The position numbers were made by a program, and so were the translations under genes. Positions 13,292 through 26,829 of a stretch of DNA of 64,000 nt are shown here, piece by piece. The notes beneath the pieces are model-generated. The model saw nothing but the letters and a program-made list of their open reading frames with translations. It was not told where the DNA came from and ran no database searches. Source of the stretch: Octopus sinensis (Eukaryota). Where the stretch lies: assembly GCF_006345805.1 (NCBI RefSeq), contig NC_043007.1, positions 47,740,001 to 47,804,000 of the forward strand, in the 5' to 3' direction. The stretch's first letter is position 1. Every line of letters begins with the position of its first letter.

Positions 13292-14645
13292 GTATGGATT
13301 TTATTCTTGTTCTTCCTTATTTACTGCAAATATTCTTTATTTTTTTTCCCCATGGTTTACACACACTTACATGCATGTATGCATATTTATATTTGCCAAA
13401 ATGACAAAAAAAATCCATATTGATAAGTGCTGCAGAATCACTTGGAACAAAGTATACTCTGACACAATGGTAATGTTTAGAGGCTGAAATATTTTGTACC
13501 CTGCCAAACCTACACTTGCTACTCACTCACTTTGCATCTCTAACTCCACTTTTCATTTGCCTATTGTTCATTCCCATCCTTTCTTCCAACTCTTTATCAC
13601 TCATAGCCCTCCAGCTCCCATCTCCTTACTCTCCTTTGCCCTGCTGTACTGCCAGCCATCATTCTCTCTCCTCTGGACCACCTCTATTGCCGCCCACCAC
13701 CTGTTCTTATCTCATCACTTACCCTTGTCTTTGTCCACTTGTGCTGCTGCCAAATCACCCTTCTATCTTTTGAAATTTTGCTATTTTTATACTCAGCCTT
13801 TTCTCAGCTTGATTGTGCTCCATCATGCATTATACATCTAACAGAGAATACTCACCTCATTTCTTTTTAGTGTTTGTACACCTTCCACATTTAACACTCA
13901 TATTTCACAGCCATGTAACATCATACTTCATACAAAACCATTCATCATACAGTCAGCCCTATACTCAGAGAAAGGATTCCTTTGTTTCCATCAGAAACAG
14001 TAGCTGTGAACTTTCTCTACTCTATTCATATTCTAACTACTATATTCTCAGAATACCCTATTCCATTGCTAATTAGGTCATTACAATAGCAGAAGCTTTC
14101 AACTAAAACTAGGGGTCCTCCTAAGACATGAAAGAATTTTTCTCTTAGGTTCCCTTCTTTCCTGCTTACTAAAACTTTTGTCTTAGCTCAGTTTTACTTT
14201 GTGGTAACTCACTTCTAAGCTCTGCTCCCACATTTGCCATTCTTCTCAAAATGTTTGAGCTAGGTCAATCAGGGTTTCACATAAACAGCTTTTCTTAAAC
14301 TCCTATGTTTATAGCCTGGAGAACTATAACAAACTCAAGTTGCAAGTGAGAACCAAACTCAATAATTGCTAACTCACATTGCTGTACATGGCTTGTATGG
14401 TTCTCATTCACATGGTGTCTTGTCAAAAGCCTTCTCCAGATTAAGGGGATTGCTATTAGCTTTGAACTTCTATTTGTTATACTAAAGACAAAAAACGTAT
14501 CAGTGATTGTTTTCTGTAACCTTTATCGGACACAATGACCAAGTAGATACATTAGCTTCCACTGTTATGCCCATGCATTAGATATTAAGGTCTATTTAAG
14601 TTTTTATGTTTATTATTATTATTATTGTTTTTTTTTTTAATTCAG

Positions 14646-14750
14646 GGAATGTCTATTATTGAAAGGATGGATGCTAAAGCATTTTCAGAATATCTGCAAC
14701 AATATCAGAACACTATATGTGGTCGGCATCCAATCATGGTTCTGCTTCAT
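14646..14750 (+). CDS. MEMO1: MEMO1 coding exon
   Basis: AG/GT flanked; [35 protein letters not shown] (NTICGRHPI motif). Confidence 0.97.
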
Positions 14751-16542
14751 GTGAGTATACAGAAAGTCTTGAAAACAAAATATAAGTACCCTTTGTTAAA
14801 TGTCAGTTTGCTTCAAACAGCTTTATCACAACCAAGGAGTTAGTGCCTCATCAGTGGGATGTTACACAAACAAAAAGCTTCTCAAATCTCACATTTATAG
14901 CACCAACAGCTAATATTCTCGTATCTGTTGGACTGTGCCATTTTGGCAAAATGTTTTTTGGCTGACAATGCTTTGTGAAGGAAACTGGTTGTGTGTGTAT
15001 ATGGTGTACGTATGTCTGTATTTGTGTGTGTGTGTATAAATATGTATATAATCGCCATATATCACCTGTATTCTGTGCTGGCATGGTTTGAATGGTTTGA
15101 CAGGAACTGATTGGTCAGAGGACTGTGTTGAGGTCTAATGTCTGTTTTGGTATAGTTTCTAAGGCTGGATGCCCTTCCTAATATCAACCTTTTCACATGG
15201 TGAGCTGGGTACTTTTTCACGTCACTGGTATTAGCCAGATTGCCAAGTAGTTTGCAAGATAAGACCCCCTTGGTTGACAGTGAGTGTAGCATTGAGGGAT
15301 GTGGCTCATGCCAGATGTTCTGAGGAGTAGAAACAGGTGTCTTACTGTAGAGGAGTACCCATGCTGGAAAAGAAGAGATGGTGGTGATGAGTTTGTACCT
15401 CAAGGTACAAGATTGTGAATGTGAGAGGGATGGAGACAGAAAGAGATTATAGGGAATAAGGACAGGGGAACAGGTAAGTTCACAATCTAGGACACTCAGT
15501 AAACTGGTTGGCACTGGAAGGGCATCTAACTGTGGAAATCATATCAAAGCAGACATTGGAGCTCAATGAAGTCCTCTGACTTATCAAATCCAACCTATAT
15601 TGGCATGGAAGGCAAGTGTTAAATGATGATAATGATAACATATATGATGTGTGTATGTGAATGTTATAGTCCTTGTCTTTGTAGCAGGAAGGGCTGACTA
15701 AATCACTGCCTGAGCAAGTCTTTGTCTAGCACATGCCAGCATGAAAAACAAATATCACAGGAAACAAAATGAACCCAGTCAGGTAGCCATTAATGATCTG
15801 TTGCAGCTGTATGTCTTAAATGGTGGTTTTTGTTTCAATTGGTTAAATTTTACTTTTCAGTATCAGAAAATCTCAGCTCTATAAACTAATTTAAAATTAT
15901 GTTCCATCAACCCTAACTAGAATGTTGCCATCTCTATATTACACCACATTGTCTCTAATCTAATATTGCCATCTCTCTATATTCTGCTATATCATATCTG
16001 ATCTATTATCATCATATCTATCTCACCATACTTTATCTAATTTGATGCTACCAACTCTCTCTCTCTTACAATACTATATCCGATCTAATGGTGAACTTGG
16101 TATTGGACTACTAGTGAAAGCAGTTTCTTGAGCAGTGTTGTCACCGTAGACAAGCTGTTCTGCTTGATATATATATAAATATTTATATTTGAAAACATTT
16201 CACTCACACTCTGGTCTGGATGAGGTAAAAGCTGAATGCATACTTGTAAAATGGAGCAAGTAATCACCTGTATTAGCACATAGCTTAGTGTTGGCACATA
16301 GTTGTATGTTAGCTGTAAGGTTTTAACCTTGTAGATTTGGTAATGTTTATGATTGTCTCTTATATTTTCAAGTAATATATTTTCAAATGAGAGTTACAAA
16401 AACATGAACTCAGCTCTTTTGTAAGTTGGTCTGCTGGTATTTATATGTCTTTTTCTTAATATCACATTTACTCGTTCATCTACACAACAATTAATAGATA
16501 GTATATATTTTCTAATTATTTAATATTCTTTTTCCATTGCAG

Positions 16543-16674
16543 GCAATTGAAAGCATTCAAGAAATTGGTCACAACTTTAACATGAAGTTTCTAAAATATG
16601 CTCAGTCCAGCCAAGTGAAACACATTCGTGATTCGTCAGTTAGTTATGCATCTGCTGCTCTTACCATTCAGTGA
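16543..16674 (+). CDS. MEMO1: MEMO1 last coding exon
   Basis: ttgcAG|; AIESIQEIGHNFNMKFLKYAQSSQVKHIRDSSVSYASAALTIQ* (YAQSS, DSSVSYA motifs); TGA at 16672-16674. Confidence 0.96.
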   Translation, partial: AIESIQEIGHNFNMKFLKYAQSSQVKHIRDSSVSYASAALTIQ

Positions 16675-16937
16675 CGTTAATTTCTGTTTAACATCACAAT
16701 ATTCTGCACTTTTATCACTTTTTTTTTGTAAAGTGTATATATATATATATACATACATATATATACATACACACACTGCTAAGTTGTAGAATTAATCTGT
16801 TAGTACAAAAAAACTGACTGACCTCTCCATCATCTGTTCTGAAGAGACTCCAAACTTGTATGTTCTAATCAATGGCCATTGGAAGATTAGCTCTTTAAAA
16901 TAACTATCCTCAAACAGCAAATATTGAGGTCATATTG

Positions 16938-16968
<31 letters not shown>

Positions 16969-18240
16969 CTGGCATTATTGTAAGCTGCCTATTCTTCTTT
17001 GGTTAAAACAAGCTTTAACAAGGTTAACAGTGATGTTCTACTTTTCTTTGTGTCTTTCCTCTATCTTAAAGATGCTTTAATAATATATACTACTTAGAAA
17101 TAATGGAGAAAAATCGGACTTATTGTTTTCATTTCTTTTTTCTTTAAATATTTTAGTAAATTATTGCGAAAAAAGGGAAAGAAAAACCACTCAAAAATCT
17201 CAGAATTAGTTATATATTTGAAAGGAAAATTATACAGAAAAATTAGTTTTAGTTTTCGGTTATCTTCCATATCTTTTATAATTTCATTGTGTCTCTTTTA
17301 TAAGCTACATCCATCTGATGCTGGTTACTTCTAAGCGTTTATAATAATAGACCTCTAACTTTCAAACAAGGCCACACAGAATGCATGTTTATTATACTTT
17401 TGCAGAGGAAAGGTTGATTGTTGCTTTAAAGTTTTGGCCTGCTTGCCATTGGCAGATTGTCTGACAAAAGTGAGTAAGTGGAAATTTTGAAGTAATTTTC
17501 AACCTTGTCCTTTGTGTGTGTGTATATATATAATATATACACAACTTGCAAGATGCTTCCATCAAGAGAATGGCACAGCCCTGTCTCGGTTCATTAGCAT
17601 ATAAACTGTCTCACAGTTATGCTTTGTACTCTGGTTAATCTGGACATGACTCTGCTGTTCTCTGGATGAAATATAAAAAAATGCTTTACCATCAAAAGTG
17701 TTGAATATTTCGTTGGTTTACAAATACCTTCATATGGTAAGGATTACCTGTATTATGATGTGTGTGTGTGTGTGTTTTTATATACATATATGTATACATA
17801 CATATTTGTGTGTGTATAGATATATCCCAATGCTATAACACTGTAATAATCAATAATGAAAAGAACTCAATTACATAATTAAAATTTAATACAAGCAGCC
17901 ACATATTTACTCTACCCAACATGTGTGGTTTTCTCTATTCCATACCAGGTATATTCTATATATATGATAAACATGTAAGCATAGCAATTCTGTCATTCTT
18001 TATTCTAATGGTAATGTATGTAATTGAATAAAAGTAATTTAGAATAGCAAAATAATTTTCCTAGTTTCTAGCAGTCAAGGTTTTTTACCTGTCAAGTTAC
18101 TCTTGTAACACAAATAAGAATTAGGAAACAATCTTCACTAAAAAGAATGAAAAAAAAATGCCTGATATATTTCTAATGCTCAGTTATGTAGTTTTGAGAT
18201 ATCTAGAGTTGTGAATAACTTGCATCTTGTTATATATATA

Positions 18241-18273
<33 letters not shown>

Positions 18274-19230
18274 CTGGTGACACAGAGGCAGCATCGTCTG
18301 CTGTATTAACTGGCTAGAATATGGGATTGCTTACACTGAGAAACGGATGGAGTAACTTGTTAGAATTTAGGTTAAAGGTGTTTATATTTAGTTATGCCTT
18401 GTTAATTCTTCACAGTATGAACTTTGATGTAGCTAGCTCAGGTATCCAAATTACTTGCTGGTTTGACACTTTTACCATATTCTTCAGCTGAATGTATTAG
18501 ATCTGTTCAGTAACTCAGATTGATTCCTTTAGAAGGTAATCTCTACTTTTGGAAATTACATTTGGAATCTCAAGGAATTCTATGAAAATTAATGTTTAAA
18601 ATTATTTTCTGTCCTGTAAAATCCAAACTTGAGAAATTTGCTTGAGCTTAAAATGGTCATTAATGAATGCAATATTCTTCAAGTTCATTGTATTTCTAAG
18701 ACATTCCATCTTTTAGTCATTCCTTCATTTTATTATTATTAATAATTTCCTACTAATAACATATAGGATGTTTCTAATTTCCTTGCAGAAAAAGCAATTA
18801 GATTAATTTTAGGTTAGAATTTCTTTATGGAAAAAATTTTAATTAGGAAATATTGAGTAGCTCCTGAATTATTAACAAACCAACAACAAAAGGAAAATAA
18901 TGCCAATATCCACTAGGTACCTGAATAATCTCATACCTACAAACATTTCATAATTTAGCTTTTGACAATGATCCTAAGTTCTTTTTTCTTTCTCAATTTT
19001 GGTTTGAAAATTTAACTCCATTTCTTTCTTATTTCACAAGGATTCCATTTGTTATGTGTTTTTTTTTTTAAATTATTGTTTTTCTCTCTCTGAGAGATCA
19101 ATTTCTCAAATACTTACCAGCTCTTTACAATTGTTGCATTCTAAAGTTTGGTTTTTTTTTTTTTTTGTTGGTCTCGTTAATGAGCTTAAAATTGCTGACT
19201 TCTTTTAGTATCCAATATGTAATTCCATTT

Positions 19231-19236
19231 AATAAA
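19231..19236 (+). terminator. candidate MEMO1 polyadenylation signal
   Basis: AATAAA ending a ~2.5 kb repeat-poor AT-rich stretch after the stop; another AATAAA at 18027. Confidence 0.35.
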
Positions 19237-19526
19237 GACTTCTTTTTTAACTAGAAATAGTTGTTGACTCAATATTCAGTATCCATAAAAAATGTACCTT
19301 GGGTTTCAGAACATTAAAGGAATCATATTCTAAATTGAAGGCTATTGTCACCAGTAACAATAGCTGTATGAATTGAGCTGATCTAACGATCAGCAAAACA
19401 GCTGCAGTGTATTTAAACTTAAACTTGATGAATGATGAACTTGATAACACTTCTTTATATTCTATCCAAATATGGTAAAACTGGTTCACTTCAGCAGGTA
19501 AAGGGATGTTTATCTTCATTCTTAAT

Positions 19527-20201
19527 GTTTCAGCAGATTCAAACAGGAATATGCTAATCACTGTTTATTCTATCTGTGAAGAACAACTTTTCCTTTCAGA
19601 TGATCTGTGATAATACACTTGATTCATTGAGGACCAGGTTGTGTCTTTTCAATCAAGGCTACCCTTGGGTCAATGAATCTTAATGCTTTAGCATTTGGGT
19701 CACTCTGTCAAAGTTTATGCTTATATTTTCACTTTGTTTTGAATTAATTCTACATTATTTCACAGCTTCATAATTTTGATGATGTGATTGCCTATTTTTA
19801 CAATGGCATTAAAAGGTAGGTGTGAGAGGCCAGATCAGGCCAGTTTCAACATAAAGCAGAATATTTTGACCAGATATGACTGGTTTAGATACTAAAGTGT
19901 TGAACAAGGATTGTGGTTCTTGTTTATAGAAATCAGTAAATAATTTGCTATCACCTGCACACAGCAGCAAATAATTTTCTGATTTCTATAATCAAGAACC
20001 ACAGCCCTTGCTTAGATTCAATGATTTAGGGATAGCTTTGACAGAAGAAACACAACCTGGTCAAAATAATGTGATGTGTCAATGTGCCCTTATATTAATG
20101 ATTCAAGTATTTTGTGAACACACATCATCTGAGGAGAAATTGTTCTCCATAGACAAAAATATGGCAGCAGTTAGCATATTCATGTTTGAATCTGCTGGAA
20201 C
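19527..20201. repeat. foldback (long inverted repeat) element with nested TTAA MITE
   Basis: 19527-19680 and 19904-19949 are reverse complements of 19966-20201; MITE 19684-19899 interrupts the left arm. Confidence 0.85.
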
Positions 20202-20931
20202 GCAAGTAGTGTGCACATCATAAATTTCCAAAGAACACTGATATAATTTGGTGCCAACTTGTGACTGGAGCCTCAGTATTAGTATGCCAAGAACTTAAAT
20301 ATGTGATGATGCCCTGAGGTAATAGTATGTCCCATTTGTCATTGAGTCATTGCAGTAGTTCCTCATCTATTTCACTGTATCTACACAAAGTTGGCCTGCA
20401 GAAACCAGACATCCTTCTTCAAGATAGATGTATGGGGAGACTTGAACTTAGAGCTATACCTAACAAAACTCTTGTCAGTTGTGCAGTGTCCCCACTGTGA
20501 GCTGAATAATTCTATAACTTTTTTATTATGAAGATTGAGCCACATCATATTGCTGATGATGGGGAAATGTGAAAAATTTGGTCAGTAAGACTACATTTAT
20601 TGACTCAGCTGCTAGGAACTCCATTAAAGGAAGGTATTTAAAAGATATATATGATTTATATTGTCAACATCATTTAATAATATGTGTTCCATGCTGGCAT
20701 GGATATCAACTAGATTGGATGTAATCAAATACATTTCATTCACTTCAGCATGTTTTGTATTTAAATGATTGCCACATTATCAAACTTTGACCTTCAAATC
20801 CTAATACTAACCATACATCTCATTTCATGCATCATTCTGATGAATTGTTAAATATTGCTAGGATATGAAATCAAGTCCTGTACTACCAACCAACCTTATT
20901 GTCACTCAAAAAAACCCAAAAAAACCTGGCA

Positions 20932-22347
20932 TCTGTATATACACTTGTACCGCCGGTATTTGTCAGGCTAAGATAGTTAAGTCATGATTAAATTCGAGTT
21001 ATTTCCCTCAACTTCTGAATTGACATTGCTTGCAATGCTTGAAAGGTGTTAAAACTCTTCACTGTATATCCAAGCTTCCAGTTCCTTTAAGTGAAACAAG
21101 TGTGTGCAATGTTCCAAATTTTGATCAAGGAAACATTCTTAGAAGAGTAAAAGTTTTCATTACTGACAAAGCTTCAATGATACCAGTTTATGCTTTGAAA
21201 GCTATAGATAATTGTTTAAGAGATATATAAGAGATTGTATTAAAATTATTGTACTAGGAGGAGATTTTAGACAAGTTCTTTCAGTTGTTCCCAGAGCTCC
21301 TCCAGAAGCTGTACTTGATTCCTGCCTCAAACGCTCCTCTGTGTGAGATAATTTTCATCAAATGTAACTTACGCAAAACAAGAACAAATGCAAATGAACA
21401 AGATTTTTCAAGGTGGTTACTACAACTTGGAAGTGAATTTCTTCAAAGTTCTCTTGATAATCTCGCAGAAGATACTGTTGATATTCCTGAAGCATGCATG
21501 TGTAACAATTCTTTTGTATCTGATATATTTGACAATTGTACAGCAGAAGAAATGAAAAATAGAGTGATCTTATCCCCAAAAAATTCAGACTGCTTAGCAG
21601 CAATTGAAATTTTAAGTAGATTGCCCACTGAAACTAAGACAAATCTAAGCACTGACTTAGTAACTTCTGATAACGAAGAAGCCTAGAATTATCCCATTGG
21701 AGTTTATAAACACTTTTACACCTTCTGGAATGCCTCCCCATCACCTTAACTTTAAAGTTGGAGCAATTATTATACTTCTTAGAAACCTCTCTATAATACA
21801 AGGTCTGTGCAATGGAACTTGCTTGTAAGTACTTCAGCTTCATGAGCATAGCATCAATTATAAGTGGATCTCATTCTCACACGGGAGCACTGATTCCAAG
21901 AATCAAACTTACTCCAAGCAATGCAAACATTCCATTCATTCTGCATTGGACCCAGTTCCCGGTTCATCTGTCCTATTCTATGACAATAAAGCAGAGGGGC
22001 AAACATTCAATAGAGTTGACATACACTTGCTACAGCCATGCTTCACTCATGGCCGGCTTTACATAGCTTTTTCAAGAGCAAGGGTGATGAACAGTGTGAG
22101 GTTTAAAGTGATGCCTGAAAACGCATCCACTCGTGGTTGCAGAAGGGAATCACCTACACTAGATACCTTGTGTATAGGGAAGTGGTGTAATGGATGTATT
22201 TAATATATACTTATTAATAAATATAACATAAAGGATTATAGAAGTTTTCATTAACCAAAATAGTGCAAATTAAACCATTTTAATCAAATATCTATTCATT
22301 GAATGATATTTTAATTATCCATGAATTTTCCTCACGGGTCCAGCTAG
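20932..22347 (+). mobile_element. internally deleted Helitron carrying a decayed PIF1-type helicase C-terminus
   Basis: A|TC 5' end, 3' hairpin CCATGA..TCACGG then CTAG|T; helicase motifs ITDKASM, LGGDFRQVLSVV, FSRWLLQLG, ILSPKN, TPSGMPPHHLNFKVG, LRNL..GLCNGT, IPRIKLTP, QFPVHLSYSMTI, FTHGRLYIAFSR broken by stops/frameshifts. Confidence 0.92.
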
Positions 22348-22898
22348 TTTCTCATTATTTTGACAAGCTCATTTCTCATATTTCAGAATATATAAAATAT
22401 GAAGTATTCTCAACAGAGAAATGTGAGTGCAGATACATGGACTATGAAACAAAAGTTTTTGTAGTGAAATATTTGATTACCTCAGTATGTGAGAGGGGAG
22501 AGAAATATAGTCACTGGCATTACAAGCTTCAACCTATACAGGTTGTGATATCACTTGTTCGGTCTCCTTCAAATGCTTGAGACATAACACCATTGTAAGG
22601 ACACTATTGCACCTACTCAGTAGCAGCTGAAAAATTAGTCTTAAAGACTGTACTGGAATGCACATCTATAGAAATAAAAGCAGAAATACAACATTCATGT
22701 ATTGTCCAAGTCTACCTTTACTGATGTTGCCACCAGAAACCTACAGGCATTTAGGAACAGAAAATGAAGGCTATCCAATATCTCCTGTTTACTGCACTGA
22801 CCCATACTATAAACTACTGTATATGCAGTATAGCTCTCAACAAGTTAGTAGCTAGATATGCAGGTTACAATCAGATGTTTGATTCAATTTCTCTGTAG

Positions 22899-23182
22899 CA
22901 GTGATTCTCAACTATTTTTTACTTATGGGCCCCTTTTTTCTGGTGGACCCTCATAGCCATTCAATGTTTAAAAACTCGTTTTATAGATACTTTAAAAATT
23001 TTTATTTTGTCTATTACGCATTAGCTTGAGTCAGTTGAACTGTTTAAACATCAGAGAAAGAAACCTAGCCGTTTCTTGTAATAAATACAGCTAAAGCAAA
23101 ATTTGCTTATCTTGCTTATGCAGACCCCACAAAATTTTATATGGTCCACAAGAGATTATATGAACCCAGTTGAGAACTACTG
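22899..23182. mobile_element. hAT (Charlie-like) MITE
   Basis: TIR CAGTGATTCTCAAC...GTTGAGAACTACTG; imperfect 8-bp TSD CTCTGTAG/CTCTATAC. Confidence 0.75.
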
Positions 23183-24300
23183 CTCTATACTGTAGGTCTT
23201 CTGGAGGAGTTTTGAAGAAATTGTCAAGCAATGTAGGTAAAACAATACAGAGTTTGTGAATATACCTGTGTCCAAGTGATTCTGTATATTAACTATTAAT
23301 GAAGGTCATTTAAAACAATGTTTGGAAAGAAGTAAAAAAAAATAAATACAACAAGAACTTGAGTTCCATTTGTGATACGGTGTCTCACTGCTGTCTTCAA
23401 GAAACTAGTTTTGGTCTCTGCTCCGAAAAGGATTATTTGCAGCTTTTAGTATCCTTGTTGCAGTTGTTAAATAAAATCAAAAGCATAAAATCATAAGAAA
23501 CTCCCTTGAAGAATAATGAGATTACTGTTTTTAAAAAAAGGTTGTGAAACTTCTGAATTTAATGTTAATGGCTGATAGATTTGTCAAAGAGAATTTCAAG
23601 TTAGGTAAGTAATTAAAACACTGTTAATCAATTGAAAAATTGTTTTCTTTTTTCAGTTTGTTTGAACATTAAAAAGTAGCAATGGAGTGAAGCCTGAACT
23701 TCAAATATATATATGTGTGTGTCTAACCTAAAGTTCACTTATGCTTAAACACTACTTGGTATTGATACTGCTGAATTTTTCCTAACCGGGTGGACTAATA
23801 ACAATTCAGTCAATGTTGTTTACTGTGCTTCAGTTAATGTTATGGCTTTAAATCTGCCCAGAGTTAACTCTCTTCAGTATTTCCCATTGATAATGACTAG
23901 AGAGCATGACACACTGCATCTGAGAATCAACACTGGGCAGATATGGTGTTTTTATACCTTTTTACCATAATAGAGGGTATTTTCTCCATGGTTATTGCAG
24001 TGAATTTGCCTTTAGAAGTTGAAGTGTGTCACAAACACAGTTTAACTAATCTAAAGTTTGCTTATGCCTAAACATTGCTTGGTGCAGATAACAGTACTGA
24101 AAAAGGGCAAATAGCCTGAAACCAGGTTGGTCTACTGGTCTTGTCAAATCCCTATATGGTAGCGATTCGCTCCCCTGCTCTCAATATATCAGACATAGGT
24201 TGTGTCATTAACCAGCTGGAGGAGGTGTTCTGGGCTACAAAAAAGGAGTAATGTTGTTCTGTATGAAACACCCATGTTGAAGCACCAACAAACATTACTT

Positions 24301-24334
<34 letters not shown>

Positions 24335-24610
24335 ATATATATATGTAACAAAACACAATGTTTCCCATCAGTCATACTGGGGAATGAAGGAACAAAGTGA
24401 GAGTGGGTGACAGAGACACTAAAGCAAGTGAACAACATTCAAATTTTTATTGTAAATTGTATTTAGTTTTTCAGTTTCACTCATGCACACATATAAATAT
24501 ATATATGGAATTAAATATTAAACACTTGTTTTCAAAATATTATCATTCACATAACATATGTATAGATGTTATGTGAACAAGAATGAATGTATGTATGTAT
24601 GTATGTATAT

Positions 24611-24642
<32 letters not shown>

Positions 24643-24644
24643 CA

Positions 24645-26800
24645 TATACAAAATAAGAAAATGGAGAAATACATCTAAATCATTTATCAACTACCAGATA
24701 ATACCATAAGAACATTAGGGTTAAACATAAAAATATATAACAAAACAGCGTACATGAATGAGTAATACAATACAATAAGTACAATCATTATAAGAGGGTA
24801 TAAATAAATAAATATAAATAGATATAAATATATATATACATATATAACTACAAAATTAGAAAATGGAGAAACATACTTAAATCAATCAAACATCAACCAC
24901 CAGATGATACCCAATCAATACTTTATTACACCATTACATAACAGTAAAGGCATTATACAAAATATACTGTAAATATAATTAGACAAGGAAATAGAAATAT
25001 AAAATATAAAATATAATATGTAATTATATCATATCTGACAGCTGTTTCGGCAGTAAGGGCAAGCATGCCTCATTTAACCTATAAGCCATATAAGGCAGGT
25101 ATAAATGAGACATTAACAAGGATGCCCCACGGCCTCTTCAGAGAATTTAATTTATTATAAGTGTGAAAAAAATTTTTTTATATACATATAAATATAAAAA
25201 TATAAAATATAAAAACGTGTGCATAGACACCCATAATACTACACATATATATATACTCATTAATACAATAATACAAAATAAACAAAACAAAATAAAATAA
25301 AATATATATCAATATATATTAATAAACACAGTTATTCTACATATTGGGCTAATAGTTCTAAAAACTAACACACAGGAAAATATATGCACACTCACATTTA
25401 AATTAAAATCAGACCTATACATGAAAAATAATAAAAAAACACAGTTCAGTTCATAAAATTATAAACCTGTAAAAGTCAATAAAAATTATTATTAATATTA
25501 ATAATAATAATAATAATAGATACAATTATGTCTGTACCAAGTACATCCATCGGACATCGACATATATATGAGTCTGGTTATTCTGTCCGCTTGATATTGA
25601 TTATTCTAGATTAATTCGATTGGCTTATAGTTTAAAATTTGAATCACAAAAGAAATTTTACGGTTAGTTAGTCAAGAAACGCACATACGCACACGCACAT
25701 CCACAGATCAATCGCACATACATACATAATTATATGTATACACACACACATACACTCATACACATACATATCCACAAACAACGTCAAACACATAAATAAA
25801 TAAATAATAAAAGAGGTATAATCCTAGCTATGCAGCCATCCAGCCTCTCAAAACGATAACCATACCACTAAATTAACTAAATAGATTCACTCACATATTT
25901 CCATAAAATATTTGTTATAAAGATACATATATTTATATATCACGACATCGAATGTTATTTTTGCAGGGTACACGCAGCATGAGACACCGTTTTTTCTGTA
26001 GTCAACATAACGTTTACTGATTTCACCGTAATTTGCTATAATTACATGTACGCTAAGTTATAAAGTATAGATTAATTTTTTATAGTATAAATATATATCT
26101 TTTCTACGTAATAAATCCAGTGCCATTATAATATTAATATTTATCCATCAAAGAACCTAACCTACGAACTAATAGAATTACACTCAAATATACATACTCT
26201 TGTGTAGCAGCAGATATACACAAACGCACCGTCTATTTTCATATGTGGCTCGCAAGTGCTTATATACAAATATACTTTTAAGCAACCGTGGACACATAGA
26301 TAACAAATGTAATAATTAACAAGATTTGGCATTAAATAATATCAATGGGGGACTAACCAATACAATTGTATATAAGTAAATAACAGAAATTAAATTAATT
26401 ATAAGTTAATAAATTGTAAATACTTAAGTTAAAAATGTGATAAAATAAATAAGAAGAAATAATTAAAATTACATACATAATATAAGTACAAACCAGTATA
26501 CATGTATCCATATATTATTAAAATAAATAATTGGTATGTATGTATATATCTACACTTAAATAGGTAAATAAATAAATAAATAAATAAGTAAATGACTAAA
26601 TGAATAGATAGATACCATAGAAAACAAATTCAGATAAATACCTAGGTACAGGTACACCTAATATATAGTAATGCTAATATGCATATATCCTCATATGCAT
26701 AAAAGAGTATATATGTAAATAAATAACATAAAATAAAGTGAAGATATATATTGAAGAAAGTAATTATATAAACTTAGTATAAACTTAGTATAAACATCTT
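24645..26800 (-). mobile_element. probable Penelope-like element non-coding/pLTR region
   Basis: very AT-rich, duplicated AAAATGGAGAAA..CCAGAT(A/G)ATACC block (~24650, ~24850) and an embedded hammerhead motif; boundaries uncertain. Confidence 0.45.
25034..25144 (-). ncRNA. hammerhead ribozyme motif (Penelope-type minimal, extended stem II)
   Basis: minus strand TCT-CTGAAGA-GGC...GCC-GAAA-C-AGCT-GTC-AGA: full catalytic core, stems I/II and palindromic stem III. Confidence 0.8.
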
Positions 26801-26829
26801 CCAATACCTTAAATTTCTCTCTCACTCAC

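Noticed and set aside
21030-22203. host PIF1 helicase gene
   Set aside because: Intronless, frameshifted and bounded by Helitron termini
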